From NCBI GenBank assembly GCA_000320545.1, contig ADNK01001009.1, positions 59,738-123,737 on the forward strand: a stretch of DNA of 64,000 nucleotides, read 5' to 3'. Shown piece by piece: positions 14,556 to 27,639 of this stretch. The translations under genes and the position numbers were made by a program. The first letter of the stretch is position 1; the number at the start of each line of letters is the position of its first letter. Source of the DNA: Bigelowiella natans CCMP2755 (taxonomy: Eukaryota > Protista > Cercozoa). The notes under the pieces were generated by a model. It was not told the DNA's origin, made no database searches, and saw only the letters and a list, made by a program, of their open reading frames with translations.

Positions 14556-15155
14556 ATACCTACTATAAACGCAAATTAAGCTAGGCGATGACGTAGTTAT
14601 AAGACGCACATGCATATAATTGCTGCAATGCCTGAGGCCATTACCTTGGTCATGCATGTGCCAACTAGCCAACAAGATATGGATGCCTAGCTAATAGCGC
14701 AGTCGCTCACATGTGCATCGCTGACGAGATGTTCATCTAGAAACATGACGACGATCTTTCAATGCGTGCATAATATTACCATAGAGCTAGGGAGTGCCAC
14801 AATGCATACCGTGACGATGGTAGTGGTGTTATAGTGTCGGAGTAAGAATGGAATAGAGTTCATATTGATCTTCATCATCATCCCTCATTCATTATGGGAA
14901 GACTCTTTCAAGTCCAACACGGCGGCAGCATTACTATGTGATGAGAGACTAAAATTTCGCAGTTACCAGCGATTGGGGAGGGGAGAGACGGAGAGCGAAG
15001 GGGGGGAAGAAGGGGGAAGAAGGGGGAAGAGAAATTCAAATAAAGAGTAAGGTGTCTCGAGTCTGCAAATATGATCGCTACATCATAATATTCTTCTTCT
15101 TCTTCTATATAGGTCATTTACCATTGACAACTTTTGCACGTCCTCCTCCCCCTCC

Positions 15156-17085
15156 CTAGTCATCATAGGGTTTTGCACTAGAACTGCTGTCCTTTGACTG
15201 AGAGACAATTTCTCAACTCAGATTCGGCCAATATTTTCTCACTCCCTCCCACTGTCGCTTTCCGTCGGTGCTCTCTCCTTGGATCCGCCTCTCTTCTCCA
15301 CAATTTTTTAGATGAAAGGTGCAGCATTGCAATAATTCTTTGATATATGATGATTATCTATTGCCTCTTGTTATTACCTCGAGCAAGCAGCAGCCGCAAC
15401 AACACGTCACTAGTGACCCTTTGAAGACGCCAATCATAACACGCAAAAAGATTTTTCGGGGATGGGGGGGGGTCGTATAAGGCAATGCTGAGGAATATCC
15501 AGGTAGCGTTATCATGCTTTCTATCGTCATCAGCATCATCATTATCGTCAGCATCATCATCATCATCATTATGATCTCTTCTCCGCCTTCGCTCTCATCG
15601 CACGAGAACCAGAATGCGATTGGCATTTAGTCACAGAAACGGCAAGCATATTATCTCATATCAAGAGATTTATTGTTTTGTAGATATATGAAACAAAGGT
15701 TAGGAGAATCTTCCTCATCATCATCATCACCATGCTTACAAATCCTCCTCATCAACATCACCATGCTAATACAACTACTGTGCTGCACTATATTTGCGGA
15801 TATAACTCATACCAAAGTTGAGATAACAGCAGTTGCAGCAGCAACAGTACTTCGTGGAGGTGAGAGATGGGGGGGGGGGCAAGGATAAATGAAAAGAAGA
15901 CAAAGAGGAGAAGAAGACGGAGAATCACTCTTTGTCGTACACAGTTAAACTTTTTCGATGCCTATCTCCCCCCCTCCGCCCTTCCCCTGACGACTTGACT
16001 TACTCACTTTTCGATTTCCGAGCAAGCTATCTGTCACGGCCTTTCCTCCCTCGCCCCCTTCTAGGAGCTCCCCCTGCTGCTTTCCGCTTTCTAGCAAGGT
16101 TGACTATGCAGAACGACGCGACCACGCACACCATGCGACGACAACAGCAAAAGCGTGGGGAGAGGAAGGAGAGGAAGGGATGAGAAGAGTAGAAGAGGCA
16201 TTAAGCATTTGGATCATAAACCAAATAGTTCGGCGGAGACCCCATCCTCTTCCTTCGCATTAAAAAAAAACAACACTTTTCTCTCTCTCTCTCTCTCTCC
16301 CACCACCTGTGTCAGTGGGTATTCGACGTCATCCAGCATGCCAGCTGCTGATTCAAGCCCACTGGGCTGCTCAGTCACTGGTTCTGATTGCCTTTCAATA
16401 TCGGAGGGAGGGAGGGAGGAAGAGGTGTAAATCACAGCAGGACATGACGGAAGTGCCACAGTGACAAACCACGGTCATCATTCGCAAGCAAAGCACCGAT
16501 GATGCAAGAAGCCTTCTTATCGGCAGCAGCATTTCTCAAGTACTAGCAGCAGGCAGATCTTCGTAGATAACGTTTTCGCCGTGTAATTATTGCTGGGGGG
16601 GAAGGGACGAGACGAAAGGAAGAGGAAGAGGAGGAAGAGGGACCACCCACCCACATGTTCTCCTTCTCCCTGCAATGCAATACAACTACCTTTTGCTGTC
16701 TTCCTTCTTCTTCTTCTTCTTCTTCGTCTTCGTAGCGATCCGTAGCCGGAAGAGACACTTCTCCAGCACCTTCTACGATGGATTGAAGGGATTATCATCA
16801 TCATCTTCTTCTTCTTCCTCTTCGGCAGCAGCAATCGAAGAGGCAGAGGAAGAAGTACTGTTCGTTCTTTCACAAACAAATTCTAAAAATATGATAGTTT
16901 TGCGGAATTCTGACGGCATTGAAAGCAGCAGCAGTAGCACGACAGTGTTCTTCTTCTTCTTCTTCTTCTTCTTCTTCTTCTTCGACTACCTCCTGTGCAT
17001 CCACCCCACCTTCCGAAGTGACTCCGAGAAACTTATCGTTTGAGGCCTTGATTACTATGAAGCCCCGATGTCTGTATCAACCGCA

Positions 17086-17118
<33 letters not shown>

Positions 17119-17807
17119 GGTGTGTGGCCTCTGTTTGTATGTGTGTGTAGAGGGAGGAGAGCGAGGCCAGAGAGAGAGAAAGAAACCGTGCGCAAAGAAC
17201 ATGAGGGGATTGGGGCGCAAAGCAAAAGGGGAGGATTCCAGACTTTTTGGCTAGGTTTTTGTTCGCTCCGAGGGAAAATTTACAGTCGTCCAGCATCAAG
17301 GTAGTTGTTTTCAGACGTCCTGAAGAAAGGAAAGAGGAGGTGGGCATTCTTCGAACGAATCAAACAAGCGGAGGACATCGATAGGATACAGCGTGCTGTC
17401 ATTCACTAATATCGTCGCAGCGCTTATCGGCTACGATGAAGCTCTCCTTGCAGAATATCTTCGTATATTGAAGAAGTGGTAGCGGCAGCAGCTCTGTTAG
17501 TGTGTGTTAACCACCATCGATGCCTATGCAGAGATAACGTCCTGTGCTGTTGGAATAGCAGCAGGTATGCGTCAGAGACTAACAATGTTGATGGTATTGG
17601 TGATGTTGTTGTTGTTGTTGTTGTTGGTGATGATGATGATGATGATATACGTGACAAAGTGGAGGAGGCGAAATGTGGAAAGGGTGGCTTAAGTCAAGTG
17701 AATTCTGCAGGAAGATAGGACAGAGCCCAACTTGCAAATGCTATCCAGCAGATGCCATGCTCCGTTTGGCTTACGGGTGTGTGTGTATGTGTGTGTATGT
17801 GTGTGTA

Positions 17808-17887
<80 letters not shown>

Positions 17888-18218
17888 GGAAAGAATCGCA
17901 AATAATGACACATATTTTAGTCGATATCTAGAGCAAATATATTTTCTTCTGAGTGTTGCTTATTTCTTCCTACTTGGTCTGGAAGGCCACTTTCTGCTCT
18001 TCCTTATTCACCACAATCGTAAATTGCTAGATGGGGAAGGGGAGGGGAACACGAAGATATAACCAAGCTCGTATTAGCACAGGCGCATTTCCCTTTGTTT
18101 TCGAGTGGAGTGGAAGAGGGCGGAGAATCACTGATGATGTCCGAATAGAGTATCATAGGTGTGCGTATCATAGGTGTGCGTGTGTATACTAGGAGTGAAA
18201 GAGGCATTTAACTCTGAG

Positions 18219-18263
<45 letters not shown>

Positions 18264-19612
18264 GCGATGCTGCTTCCGTGTGGACTTTTGGACGTATGTT
18301 CCATTCCGCGAATGAGTGTCGTAACATGCTTGTTGCAAGTTTGATGCGATGATACTTTTCACACACAAACGATGGCGGAGTAAGAGTAAGTTACCTCTGT
18401 CTCCGTCTGTTTATTCTCCATCCTCACACTGTCTGGGTCGCGGCATCCAACAAACGTGCTGTATGGCAAACCTCATCATCATCATCATCATCATCACATC
18501 ATCACCACCACCAACAACAACAACTCTTAATATTAAATTACTCGTTGATGTCGGAGAGGGTGATCTTCTTGCCTTCCAGGCTGCTAACACCTAGTAGTAC
18601 GGCAAGCAAATCGTTGCTATCTGCACAGCTACAGCCCTCCTCCACTCGTATTACAAATGCGGTGAGAATAATAATTCGTATGATGTTTAGAAGGACTTTT
18701 TCATGTACCAATCCCCCTCTTGTTGAGCTCGTCCTCTAGCAGTTCTGGAATGGCAATGCCTACACCATAGGACAGCAGCAAAAACAAAAGGTTTCTGTTA
18801 GAGAGAGAACAGTTGAAAATCCGATCGATGAAAACTCCTACTGTTGCACATAATACAGAGTGTGGGGCTGCTTTCCCTGCAATGTATTCGCCGCACAGAT
18901 ATATCAATAAAAGGTCATCCATCTGTGTGAGCATGCGGGCTGTCCATTAATTACTATGTGTTTGTTGTATATTCGTGGGATGTTGTTGTTTGAAACGTAG
19001 GCGTCGCAATGTGAAGCACTCACAGTCGCGCAGATTCGAGACGTGAGTGACTACCGTAGATCGTGGCGATGCGTGCGACGGCCAGAAGGCAGTTTTGGAC
19101 ATTTTTGAGCTGCATTATTGTTTCAAGCATAACAGCGTTGTGAACATCATCATCATCATGTTCCAATATTCTCATTCTCAGGAATTGATCATTTTGTACA
19201 TTTCCGCGCTCCAGGTCCTCTGGCGTCAGCACGTCGAGCCTGTCCACTCTGGCATAAATTATAAATTAATCAACGTCATTTTAGCGCATACAACCCAAGC
19301 GCCCTCATTAAGGTGCCGTGCACTATTACTACTATGTTTCTGGAAGGTTGTCTGCTGACAGTTTTGAAGAACTCAAAACCAACAGATCTCTTTTTTAAAA
19401 ATGTATTTGATTTTGTGCCTCCTGCGACAAGTAACGTCGAAGACGAGTCAACCGTGTCGAAGGTGGGGTATGAAACCGAATTCGCTCGCATTTCATATTA
19501 TCCAATGTGTCAATCAAAGCTACTGTTTCAGCAGATTTCTTTTTTCAATACTTCTCACCCGTACTTAACTGCTGCCGCTTGGAACAACTGACACACATAC
19601 ACAAACACACAC

Positions 19613-19664
<52 letters not shown>

Positions 19665-20114
19665 AACAGTGCAACACGTATATCACTCAGACACAGTGCT
19701 CGACTAATGTCACAGCGATCCCAAAATGCACGGAAGCAAAGGCAGCACGCACACCTTCACCCTATTGAATGGCTTCGAATGGGCAAGGTACCCATCCCAA
19801 ACCTTCTCACTATACCGTGACGTTGTTGCGCGCGTGCCATGATTGCAGCTTCTTGTCATATTTCTCCAGGCGCTTCAGCCCTATATTCAATGCACTCTTA
19901 AAATACACATCTGTAGCTCATCATCATCATCATCATTTTGGAATGTACAATGATGGCGACGAAGAACGATGATAAATACTTCTGACAATCAACCGTGAAC
20001 TTTTGGGCCTTCACATGCCTGCAGAAGATCGCAGAGGACCTCGCCAGACGCTAAGCCTGTATAAATATTCACCCGCCAAGTAGGAAATGAAGGACGAGCC
20101 AAGGATCAATATCG

Positions 20115-20155
<41 letters not shown>

Positions 20156-20434
20156 GCATTCTCTCTCCTTCCCTACAAGCCTACAAGACCTTGAACAATG
20201 TTGTTTGAATCTATACTTGCCCCTGTGGTCTCACTGACCCACTTTGCAAGCTCCGCTTCGAGGAACTTCTCCTCCCTGTCCAATGAGGCAATCATAAAGA
20301 CGATGATAATATTGATGAGAAGAAATTGATTTGATGGGAACGCAGCACCAACAACAATACATATTGTATAGATCGAACAGTGAACTCTATGTTATGAGGA
20401 CAAGCAAGCTATTGGGAAAGAAAGAGTGAAGGAC

Positions 20435-20487
<53 letters not shown>

Positions 20488-21149
20488 ACTAAGAGACTAA
20501 AAATGAAAATGTTAAGAAGGAGAAATGAGAGCGAATAAAGATGCAATTGAGAAGCAGAGAAGTATGCATGAAGTAAGAATATCTTAACATACTGGGACAT
20601 GAAGTCTTGTCTGGTGAGGGTAAGTTGACCCTCTTTCTTTTTCATCAGGCGTTCTTTTGATCTCGTTCTTGGCCTACTGGTGGGGCTGTTCAGCCTAGAG
20701 ATAAAGTCACAAATGTTACGAGAACCACGGACCATAATATTCCTCGATGACATGTCTATGTGCCAAATATGACCTATCCCCTCTTCCTGATCGTGGAGCT
20801 TTTTGCTTTGACCTTCTTTTCGTGTCCACAGCAGAGACAATAGAATCGACACCTTTCTGAACGGCATTGACATAAAAACGAAGTATTAGGCCTCAATTTG
20901 AGCATTCGTCACATCAGATTGGGCAATCTGTGTCACAAGACTTTTCACCAACTATCTTGTCGACCTTCATCGAAGGACCATCCAACGTTGGGTTGGCATT
21001 GGGGGCTTTTTCGGCCATCTTCGTACGATCGTACTGCTCCCTTGCGTTAAGGTTTTAAGGTAGAAATAGAAGGAAGAGTGCTCAAACATTGGGGATTTTC
21101 GCTCTCGCTTCAACCTCCTTGTTGGTACCAATGACGAATTCCCCTGCAT
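15156..21149 (-). CDS. Cytoskeletal protein: GAS2-type calponin-homology domain followed by fascin-like beta-trefoil repeats and a low-complexity tail
   Basis: Spliced CH domain: EAELAKWVSETTGQ..LASGEVLCDLLQ..SWHARNNVT|LFQAAAVKYG|VDRLDVLTPEDLERGN|LKNVQNCLLAVARIATIY|GIAIPELLEDEL (20280-18710). Then KVAFQTN|TGRYLCIGID|GRLKTTTLMLDDCKF and IVIKASNDKFLGV..EKCLFRL (18000-16740). Both ends approximate. Confidence 0.65.
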
Positions 21150-21788
21150 TTTCTACACCAATACGCAATTTAGGTAGACATTGGATTCTGAAAATATTCG
21201 ATGATCTCCCTCTGTTCTGCACTTGACGAGAGCACAACTGAAATATGAAGGCCATTTGTGATGAAGAATCCAGGAACACTCATATTTATCCCATTAATTC
21301 GGCCGGTATTCAACATTCCCATGCAGTCTACGATCTCTGGATCTCGTACAGGCCTGTAGATCTACCATAGACACAAGAAAATTCGTAAAATGAAAGCACC
21401 TCAGCAGTCTTATTTTTATGGGAATCCTACTGGAATATCTCGTACATGTACTCATTATTATTATTGGGAAGCGTTCAGCAAGTACTCCTCGCAATCCAAA
21501 CCAATCCACTTGTGCACCGAAAATTTATGGCCAAATATTATGCTAATTCTGCAATTGCGACAATAGTTTGTGTCTGATTGAATCCACACCTTGGTGGACT
21601 ATCACCAGATATTACACAGCGCATCTAGTTTACAAATTCGATGAACGGAGCTCAAGTCATTTTTAAGGTTTTTCCATCTGAAAAAGTCCAGAACAAGTGG
21701 AAACGCGCGATGTCCTGATCCACCCAGCCCGAAATATTATTTTTATCATTTCGCTGGCAAAAATCAGTCTGAAAGCTCTGAAAAGGCG

Positions 21789-23008
21789 ATGGTACGCTGA
21801 ACCTTGCCGCCCCCCCCCTTTCTGCTTCTCCCTCCTGCCGCCAAAATGATAATGCTTCCTTTCGTTTTTAAGGGATAAAAATAAGATTTTTAGTTTACAT
21901 GCGATTTCCAATTGTAGTAATGCAAGAAGGGGGCCATGTGTTTAATGTCTCGTATAATATGTTTGAAAAAACTTAATTCTGTTCACGTTCTTGGCCGCAT
22001 TTTGCTAACCGAGCTTCAATTTTCAAGGATAATTTGAGCTGCGCCCCACGGCATAATCATGTCAAAATGAGCTCAAACTAACTTCTCTGAATTTTTTTGT
22101 AGGGGGTTTGCTGCTCAAGTGAGGAGCGCCCTAAAGATGACGGGGCAAAGCCTGAACCTCGACAACCGCCTCAAGGTTCGGTTACAGACATGAATATCTG
22201 TGTGTAGCGACTCTATGATTGAAGTTCGTGACTTGGAAACTCTCGATATGTTGCGATAACATTGATGGAGTTGACATTGATTTTGGAAAAAATTAAACAG
22301 CAATTCATCATATTGCCTGATTCTAAAAGTTGATTGTTATATTACTCTTTGTAAGCATAAAGGATGCAATCAGAAAGATAAACACATATTTAATATGCCT
22401 CAGGTGATTCCGTAAACCCTAAAAATGGGAAATCTGGGGAAGGTGATGCACCGATGGAATTAAAACAGCACACACAAAAAGAGACAAATGAGATAAAGGC
22501 AGCCCAGGAAAACCTTCCCGAGGAAGATGCCGAGGCTTTTAACAAGTTAAAGTCGTCCATCATACAAGGCTGGACACACATAATTGGTCTTATCACTGAC
22601 AAAATGTTCCAAGAATTTGCAGAGGAGATCGGCCTCAAAAGCTATTTCGAGATCACTCCGCATAAACCTATGGAAAATTTCTTTCGAAAGTGCCTTGATT
22701 TTGAAGACCCCGACTTTGAGGTGCAGGGAGTTGACCTTGACAAAGAAGCGAGTATTGATTTCGAAAGGAAGAAATTCCAGATCTTCCTGACCTATGTGGC
22801 CAAGACCGACTTTAAAAAGAGCTACACGGTGCATTTCATAGAGAACGAGTTGAGTAGAGCGGTTAGAAACACAGTAGATAGTTTCGAGAAATACATCAAG
22901 GTGGCGGAAGAACACAAAGTCAGTAAAATAAAGGACGATTTGGAGATATTTGCCCAAATCTTCAAGTATCTTTTGGATGAGGACGGGGAGGAAGACGATG
23001 ATGAATAA
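21789..23008 (+). CDS. Hypothetical helical protein with N-terminal myristoylation/palmitoylation motif (MGVCCS)
   Basis: ATG 21789-21791 is followed directly by a GT donor. Acceptor at 22101-22102 gives GVCCSSEERPK. An in-phase exon from ~22404 joins ORF 22454-23008 (acidic end). Confidence 0.6.
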
Positions 23009-23283
23009 GCTTGCACTTGGCACACCTACAATGAACTTTCCTACGCTTAAACGATGAATAGAGAGAGAAAGCCGAAAAGAACAAATCTTCTACATATTAC
23101 ATTAGAGATTGAGTTTCTTTCCACTTCATCACTACCTCGGTATTTTTTCCACCCAACCCCATTCTCTCTTAAAAGGATTTGCAACGTCAGAATATTTGCA
23201 TGTTCAACTAGATAGATATCTCTACATTAGAGTTCCGATTACGACACGCCGACTGGCACCGTGCCAACACATCTAGTCAAGAC

Positions 23284-23328
<45 letters not shown>

Positions 23329-23690
23329 ATATAGCAGCATTTCCACACATTAGTTCTATCGCACCTTAGTTCAGAAAATTTAAATTTAGAAGGTTGCTGT
23401 CCGCGACAAAATAAATGGAAAATACTTCATTTCCCAAATCACTTTTAGTGTTACAAAACCGTACTGAACAAATAAATCTTTTCCGAATTGTCAATTTTGT
23501 ATTTACAACTCTCATTATTAATACATTTAATGCATATAAAACCAATGTATAAGCTGCATGAAGTAAGAAAGCTGTATAATTCACTATATCGCCAACGTGT
23601 CCAAGCCGCGCCACGCCAACGCTGCACGTCTAGACTTATATCCCTCCTTTGATGCATGTGCAAGGTAGAATGATGTTCATGCGCACCTGC

Positions 23691-24303
23691 ATGTAAGACG
23701 GATGTGTTGAATATCAATTAAATTTGTTCAATGGTCATCCTCATGTAGCTGTGCAGCAATGCAGCGCTAGAGCGGCCACAGCGCTAAGATTGGATCTGTT
23801 GATCTGCATGTATATGCAGTCATGAAGTCATGAAGCTTCATCGTGCAGTGGATCGGCGGGTGGCCGCGGCATATGGTATCGATCATATATTAATATAGCT
23901 ATGGAAATCAGCGGCTACAGCGCTTACGTTTATTTAGCATCTTGCATCTCAAGTCGTCGCGTCGTCGCACGTGACTACATGTAGCAGCAAACAGATGCAA
24001 TTTAAGCGCTGTAGCCGCTGCATTGCACAGCTACATTAGGATGACCATTGAAAAAATTCAAACACTTCATTACATCCGTCTCACATGTAGCAGCATGTTG
24101 ATTCTGTAGTAGTAATACACATCTATAGCTAGACATTGCTAGATTGTTCCACACGTACACAAACATGCTTTAAAATACATGAAATACATAATAGATAGAC
24201 GAGACAAAGCAGACACAACCTAAGCGCTGTAGCCGCTGCTTTACATAGCTACATTAGGATGACTAATGAAAAGATTTAATGACTTCACTATATACGTCTC
24301 ACA
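23691..24303. repeat. ~83-bp repeat family: two direct copies (24003-24085, 24221-24303), one inverted copy (~23691-23788) and an 18-bp inverted fragment (~23910-23927)
   Basis: taagcgctgtagccgctg...ctacattaggatgac...cgtctcaca occurs twice; reverse-complement matches lie upstream. Foldback/MITE-like arrangement. Confidence 0.8.
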
Positions 24304-24955
24304 ACATGCAATATTTCGACATAGCTAGCAATGCAACCTGTATTATTCCGCTTAACATTGTTGTCTGGAGCTCTATGAGCGCTTGTAAGCAAGGCTGCCA
24401 CGCTGTGACCTATCTAGCTATTCATTGCGACATATGCGCTGCTATATAGGGACTCTATAAGTCCATATATATAGCTGTCTATATGCTCGCTATTATAATG
24501 CGGTGAAATTGCTTATCTAGCAGCTAGGCAGTTTTATATCTGTAGCAAAGATTTGTTCACCAAGATATAGGTCGAGAGTAGAGCTAGCTCTATAACAGCC
24601 TCTACGAAGCTCTCGTACACTCATACGCCGCGAAGCGAAGCACAAGGAGAGGTTTCAAGTGCAGTGGAGGGCAAGCACAGGTGCTACTACGTACATGTGC
24701 GTGTACATGATAGATATCATTACTCCTTGTTTTCTTGTTGTCCTCATCATTGCTTGTCATTTTGTGTAACATATAGTACGCGTACATGTAGCATTTATGA
24801 TAACTGTTATCATCAGCGCGTCACTGTGACGTGTACCATCATCGTATTTTTTAAACGCACTTTCCCCAATCACATCACTTTCATTCAGTAAGTCTTGAGT
24901 TTGTATATCCTGAATCTATCCAATATTAACGAATTAAATAAATTAACAGTACTCC

Positions 24956-26638
24956 TCAAAACTCGGAAAGGGGGATGGTTCTGGTACAGGAGAGCTGGAA
25001 TGGAGGCTTTGCGTCACGATAGCTCTCCAGAAAATTCTTTAACTTCTCTGTGGATACTGTCTGCCCATCAGTAATGACGTTTATTATCTTATCGCCTCGC
25101 TGGAGGCCAGCCTCTTTGGCCAATCCATTGACTTCTTTTACTGAAGAGCTTCCGGTATTCATGACCATTCCAAATGGTTTGTTGTTCACTTGTATCGTGA
25201 AGGGAAATGTGACAGACAGAGATTCTTTTTCGTCACCTTCGTTATCGATTCGATGTCTCGCTCTTGCCATAGCCTCGATGACATCCATTCGCGAGAATCC
25301 ATATCTATTAAGGACTTGCAGAAGTTGCTTCCCATCGCACGGACCTAGTCCTAAGCTCTCGCATGTGTAAACACGAAGCAGCCCCGCCCCTGTATGGTCA
25401 CCATTCTGCTGAGTGAGCCCTAATTCTTCCAATTCATCTTTACTGATCATCACGTCAGACTCCCCTCTCGATAACCTCTTCGATGCTAAGGCCTTGATAA
25501 TGCTATCGGAGGACGCATGCTCCACCCCGACCTCAGATGCATTTGCACTGTTCTTCGCAAGATGAGTAGGGATAAAGCTATGGAAGCATGGCGCGAATTC
25601 ATCGTCGAGGCAATTCCGCGCGTGCCGACCTGCACGATCTGGATCTGTTAGAATCACGACGCCCTCTTGCTCTTTGGCTTCGATCCGAATTTTGAGAAGG
25701 GTTCCCTTTTTACGCGATGCCGCCTCCCCTCCCAATTCGACAACTCTAGCGTTCACTGCCTGCTGTACAGCAGCTTTGTCATTCTTTCCTTCCACGACGA
25801 TCAAGTAAGGAATTGTTGTTTTCTCCAATGTAGGGTTGCTGTTTCCTGTTGATGACGACAGAGAAGAGTCATTTGTAGAGATGACCCGAAATGACTTATT
25901 AGCCGCCGCCTCCATCTTCCTGCGCCTTTTTTTGTTCTCCACGTTCTTCTTATATTCGAGGTCTTCAATGCGAAATTCTTTCTTGAATGAGCCGTGGACT
26001 TTATTTACCGCATTAAGAAAGTTTTTATCTTGAGGAACTTTAGGCTTGTTGGACGATTCGAGGCAGTGCCTCCTAATACTTCTGCGAGGTGAAACATGCC
26101 GTGTAGAGATACCCGGAATGTTCCATATGTTTGTACGAATTTTGGTGCTGATACCGTGGTGCATCGTGGAGGCTGATGATCGAAGGAAACCATTATCTAA
26201 GGTGATGACAGAGGTTGGATTTTCCCCGTAGTGCGTGTTGAAGAGCAAGAGACCAAAGCACAGAGAAGACGTAGCTACTGCAAGCAAGGAGTGCTGATGA
26301 CGCAAATGAAAAAAACAGATTTCAATGCGGAAGTTTCGAATCAACAGAGATGCAAGGTGATAAAGTGCATTACGATGATATAGCAGAATTATTGCTAGTG
26401 CAATTTTGAGCTGACTTACAAATTGTTGCCGCTGACAGCAGTGGTCACGTAAATTTCCGTCTTCGAATCTCCTTCGCACCCTCATTCCAGTCCAACTAAT
26501 ACGACCAAAGTTAGCGCCACAGAATAATTTCCGAAACACAACGATGCAAATAAGTGCTGCTACATATTGATTCTTCTCTATCCACATTTTGAAATTGTGT
26601 GCTGTTGCGTACTGTGACAGTTGAATCTCTAGATGCAT
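24956..26638 (-). CDS. rnmV: Bacterial-type ribonuclease M5 (Toprim + C-terminal helical domain) with a long N-terminal targeting-like extension and a C-terminal PDZ-like domain
   Basis: Toprim motifs LIVVEGKND and VILTDPDRAG; RNase M5 motifs VGVEHAS and LGLGPCDGKQLLQVLNRYG; tail PFGMVM...AKEAGLQRGDKIINV. Uninterrupted 560-codon ORF; true start uncertain. Confidence 0.85.
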   Translation of the reverse strand: MHLEIQLSQYATAHNFKMWIEKNQYVAALICIVVFRKLFCGANFGRISWTGMRVRRRFEDGNLRDHCCQRQQFVSQLKIALAIILLYHRNALYHLASLLIRNFRIEICFFHLRHQHSLLAVATSSLCFGLLLFNTHYGENPTSVITLDNGFLRSSASTMHHGISTKIRTNIWNIPGISTRHVSPRRSIRRHCLESSNKPKVPQDKNFLNAVNKVHGSFKKEFRIEDLEYKKNVENKKRRRKMEAAANKSFRVISTNDSSLSSSTGNSNPTLEKTTIPYLIVVEGKNDKAAVQQAVNARVVELGGEAASRKKGTLLKIRIEAKEQEGVVILTDPDRAGRHARNCLDDEFAPCFHSFIPTHLAKNSANASEVGVEHASSDSIIKALASKRLSRGESDVMISKDELEELGLTQQNGDHTGAGLLRVYTCESLGLGPCDGKQLLQVLNRYGFSRMDVIEAMARARHRIDNEGDEKESLSVTFPFTIQVNNKPFGMVMNTGSSSVKEVNGLAKEAGLQRGDKIINVITDGQTVSTEKLKNFLESYRDAKPPFQLSCTRTIPLSEF

Positions 26639-27639
26639 AGGTAGGGTACTTTCAAGTATTCATTAATCTTTTGTTACATTTGATAGCGCATGCACTTTTA
26701 TATGGGCAGGCAAAAATAATAATGATGGTCAAAACTCGCTAGAGCATTGGCATGGAGTGAGAGAGGGAATGGGAGAGTGGCATCGTAGCGGATATAGGAG
26801 GATCAAAAGCACCTGTATTGGCGGGCGGTCGCCATTGAGAACCCCGATCTTTGAATTTAAAAAATATTTTTTAGATATTTTATCGATGAATATTTTATCT
26901 ACATTTCAGTATCATTTCGACTGTTGTACATCTTCTGTAGTGTTGCGACTGTTGTTTTAGGAATAATTTTATCGGTAAATCTTCCATGAAAGGCAGGTCG
27001 CATAGGCAGCCGGTCTGGGCATCCGGACAAAGTGAGAATACAATTCATTCTCTCGGAGTATATTTCCGGATAAATATGATGCTTTTGATATAAGCGACAT
27101 CAAAATCAAAATTAGATAGCAGAAATACATCGGACTACTCATGATTTCAGACAGATCGCGATCTGAATTTCGGGAGCAGGAAGCACTGGCCCCAGACTCG
27201 CCTCGTGAGTTAGATCTACTGTCCTGCCTTGTGTGCTCTAGAAGGTCCTCTCCCTATAACTTCCTCCCTATACGATCTAAATAACACATTATCTCTGTCA
27301 CGGTTGAAAACTGACTGCAGTTCAAGTGCATAGAGTCGAGTGACAAGCAGTTTCTGCTCGCTACGTCGCCAGTATCCCTTCCGTACACGTCGCTCATTTA
27401 TCTTCATTGAAATAGAAGCGGCACGGAAGCACCGTCAGGATTACAGGCCTTCGCCGCGTTGTATTCGATCTCCATGCATCATCTTTCGCAGAGCTTTTGG
27501 TTTACATCTTATTCATTAAAAAAGAAAGCATAGAGCGATATTGAATGTGTAGTCTGCCCTCCGTTTTTGTACCCTCTTCCACGCCATGTCAACGGTATTA
27601 CCCTGATCGAAGCCCCCCCCCGGTTTTACCCTCTTTATA

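Noticed and set aside
17270-17550. FGF-like TGRYLC...CKF motif
   Set aside because: A generic beta-trefoil pattern; the intracellular CH-domain context favours fascin-like.
23691-24303. CRISPR-like array
   Set aside because: Few copies, irregular spacing, mixed orientation, eukaryotic context and no cas genes.
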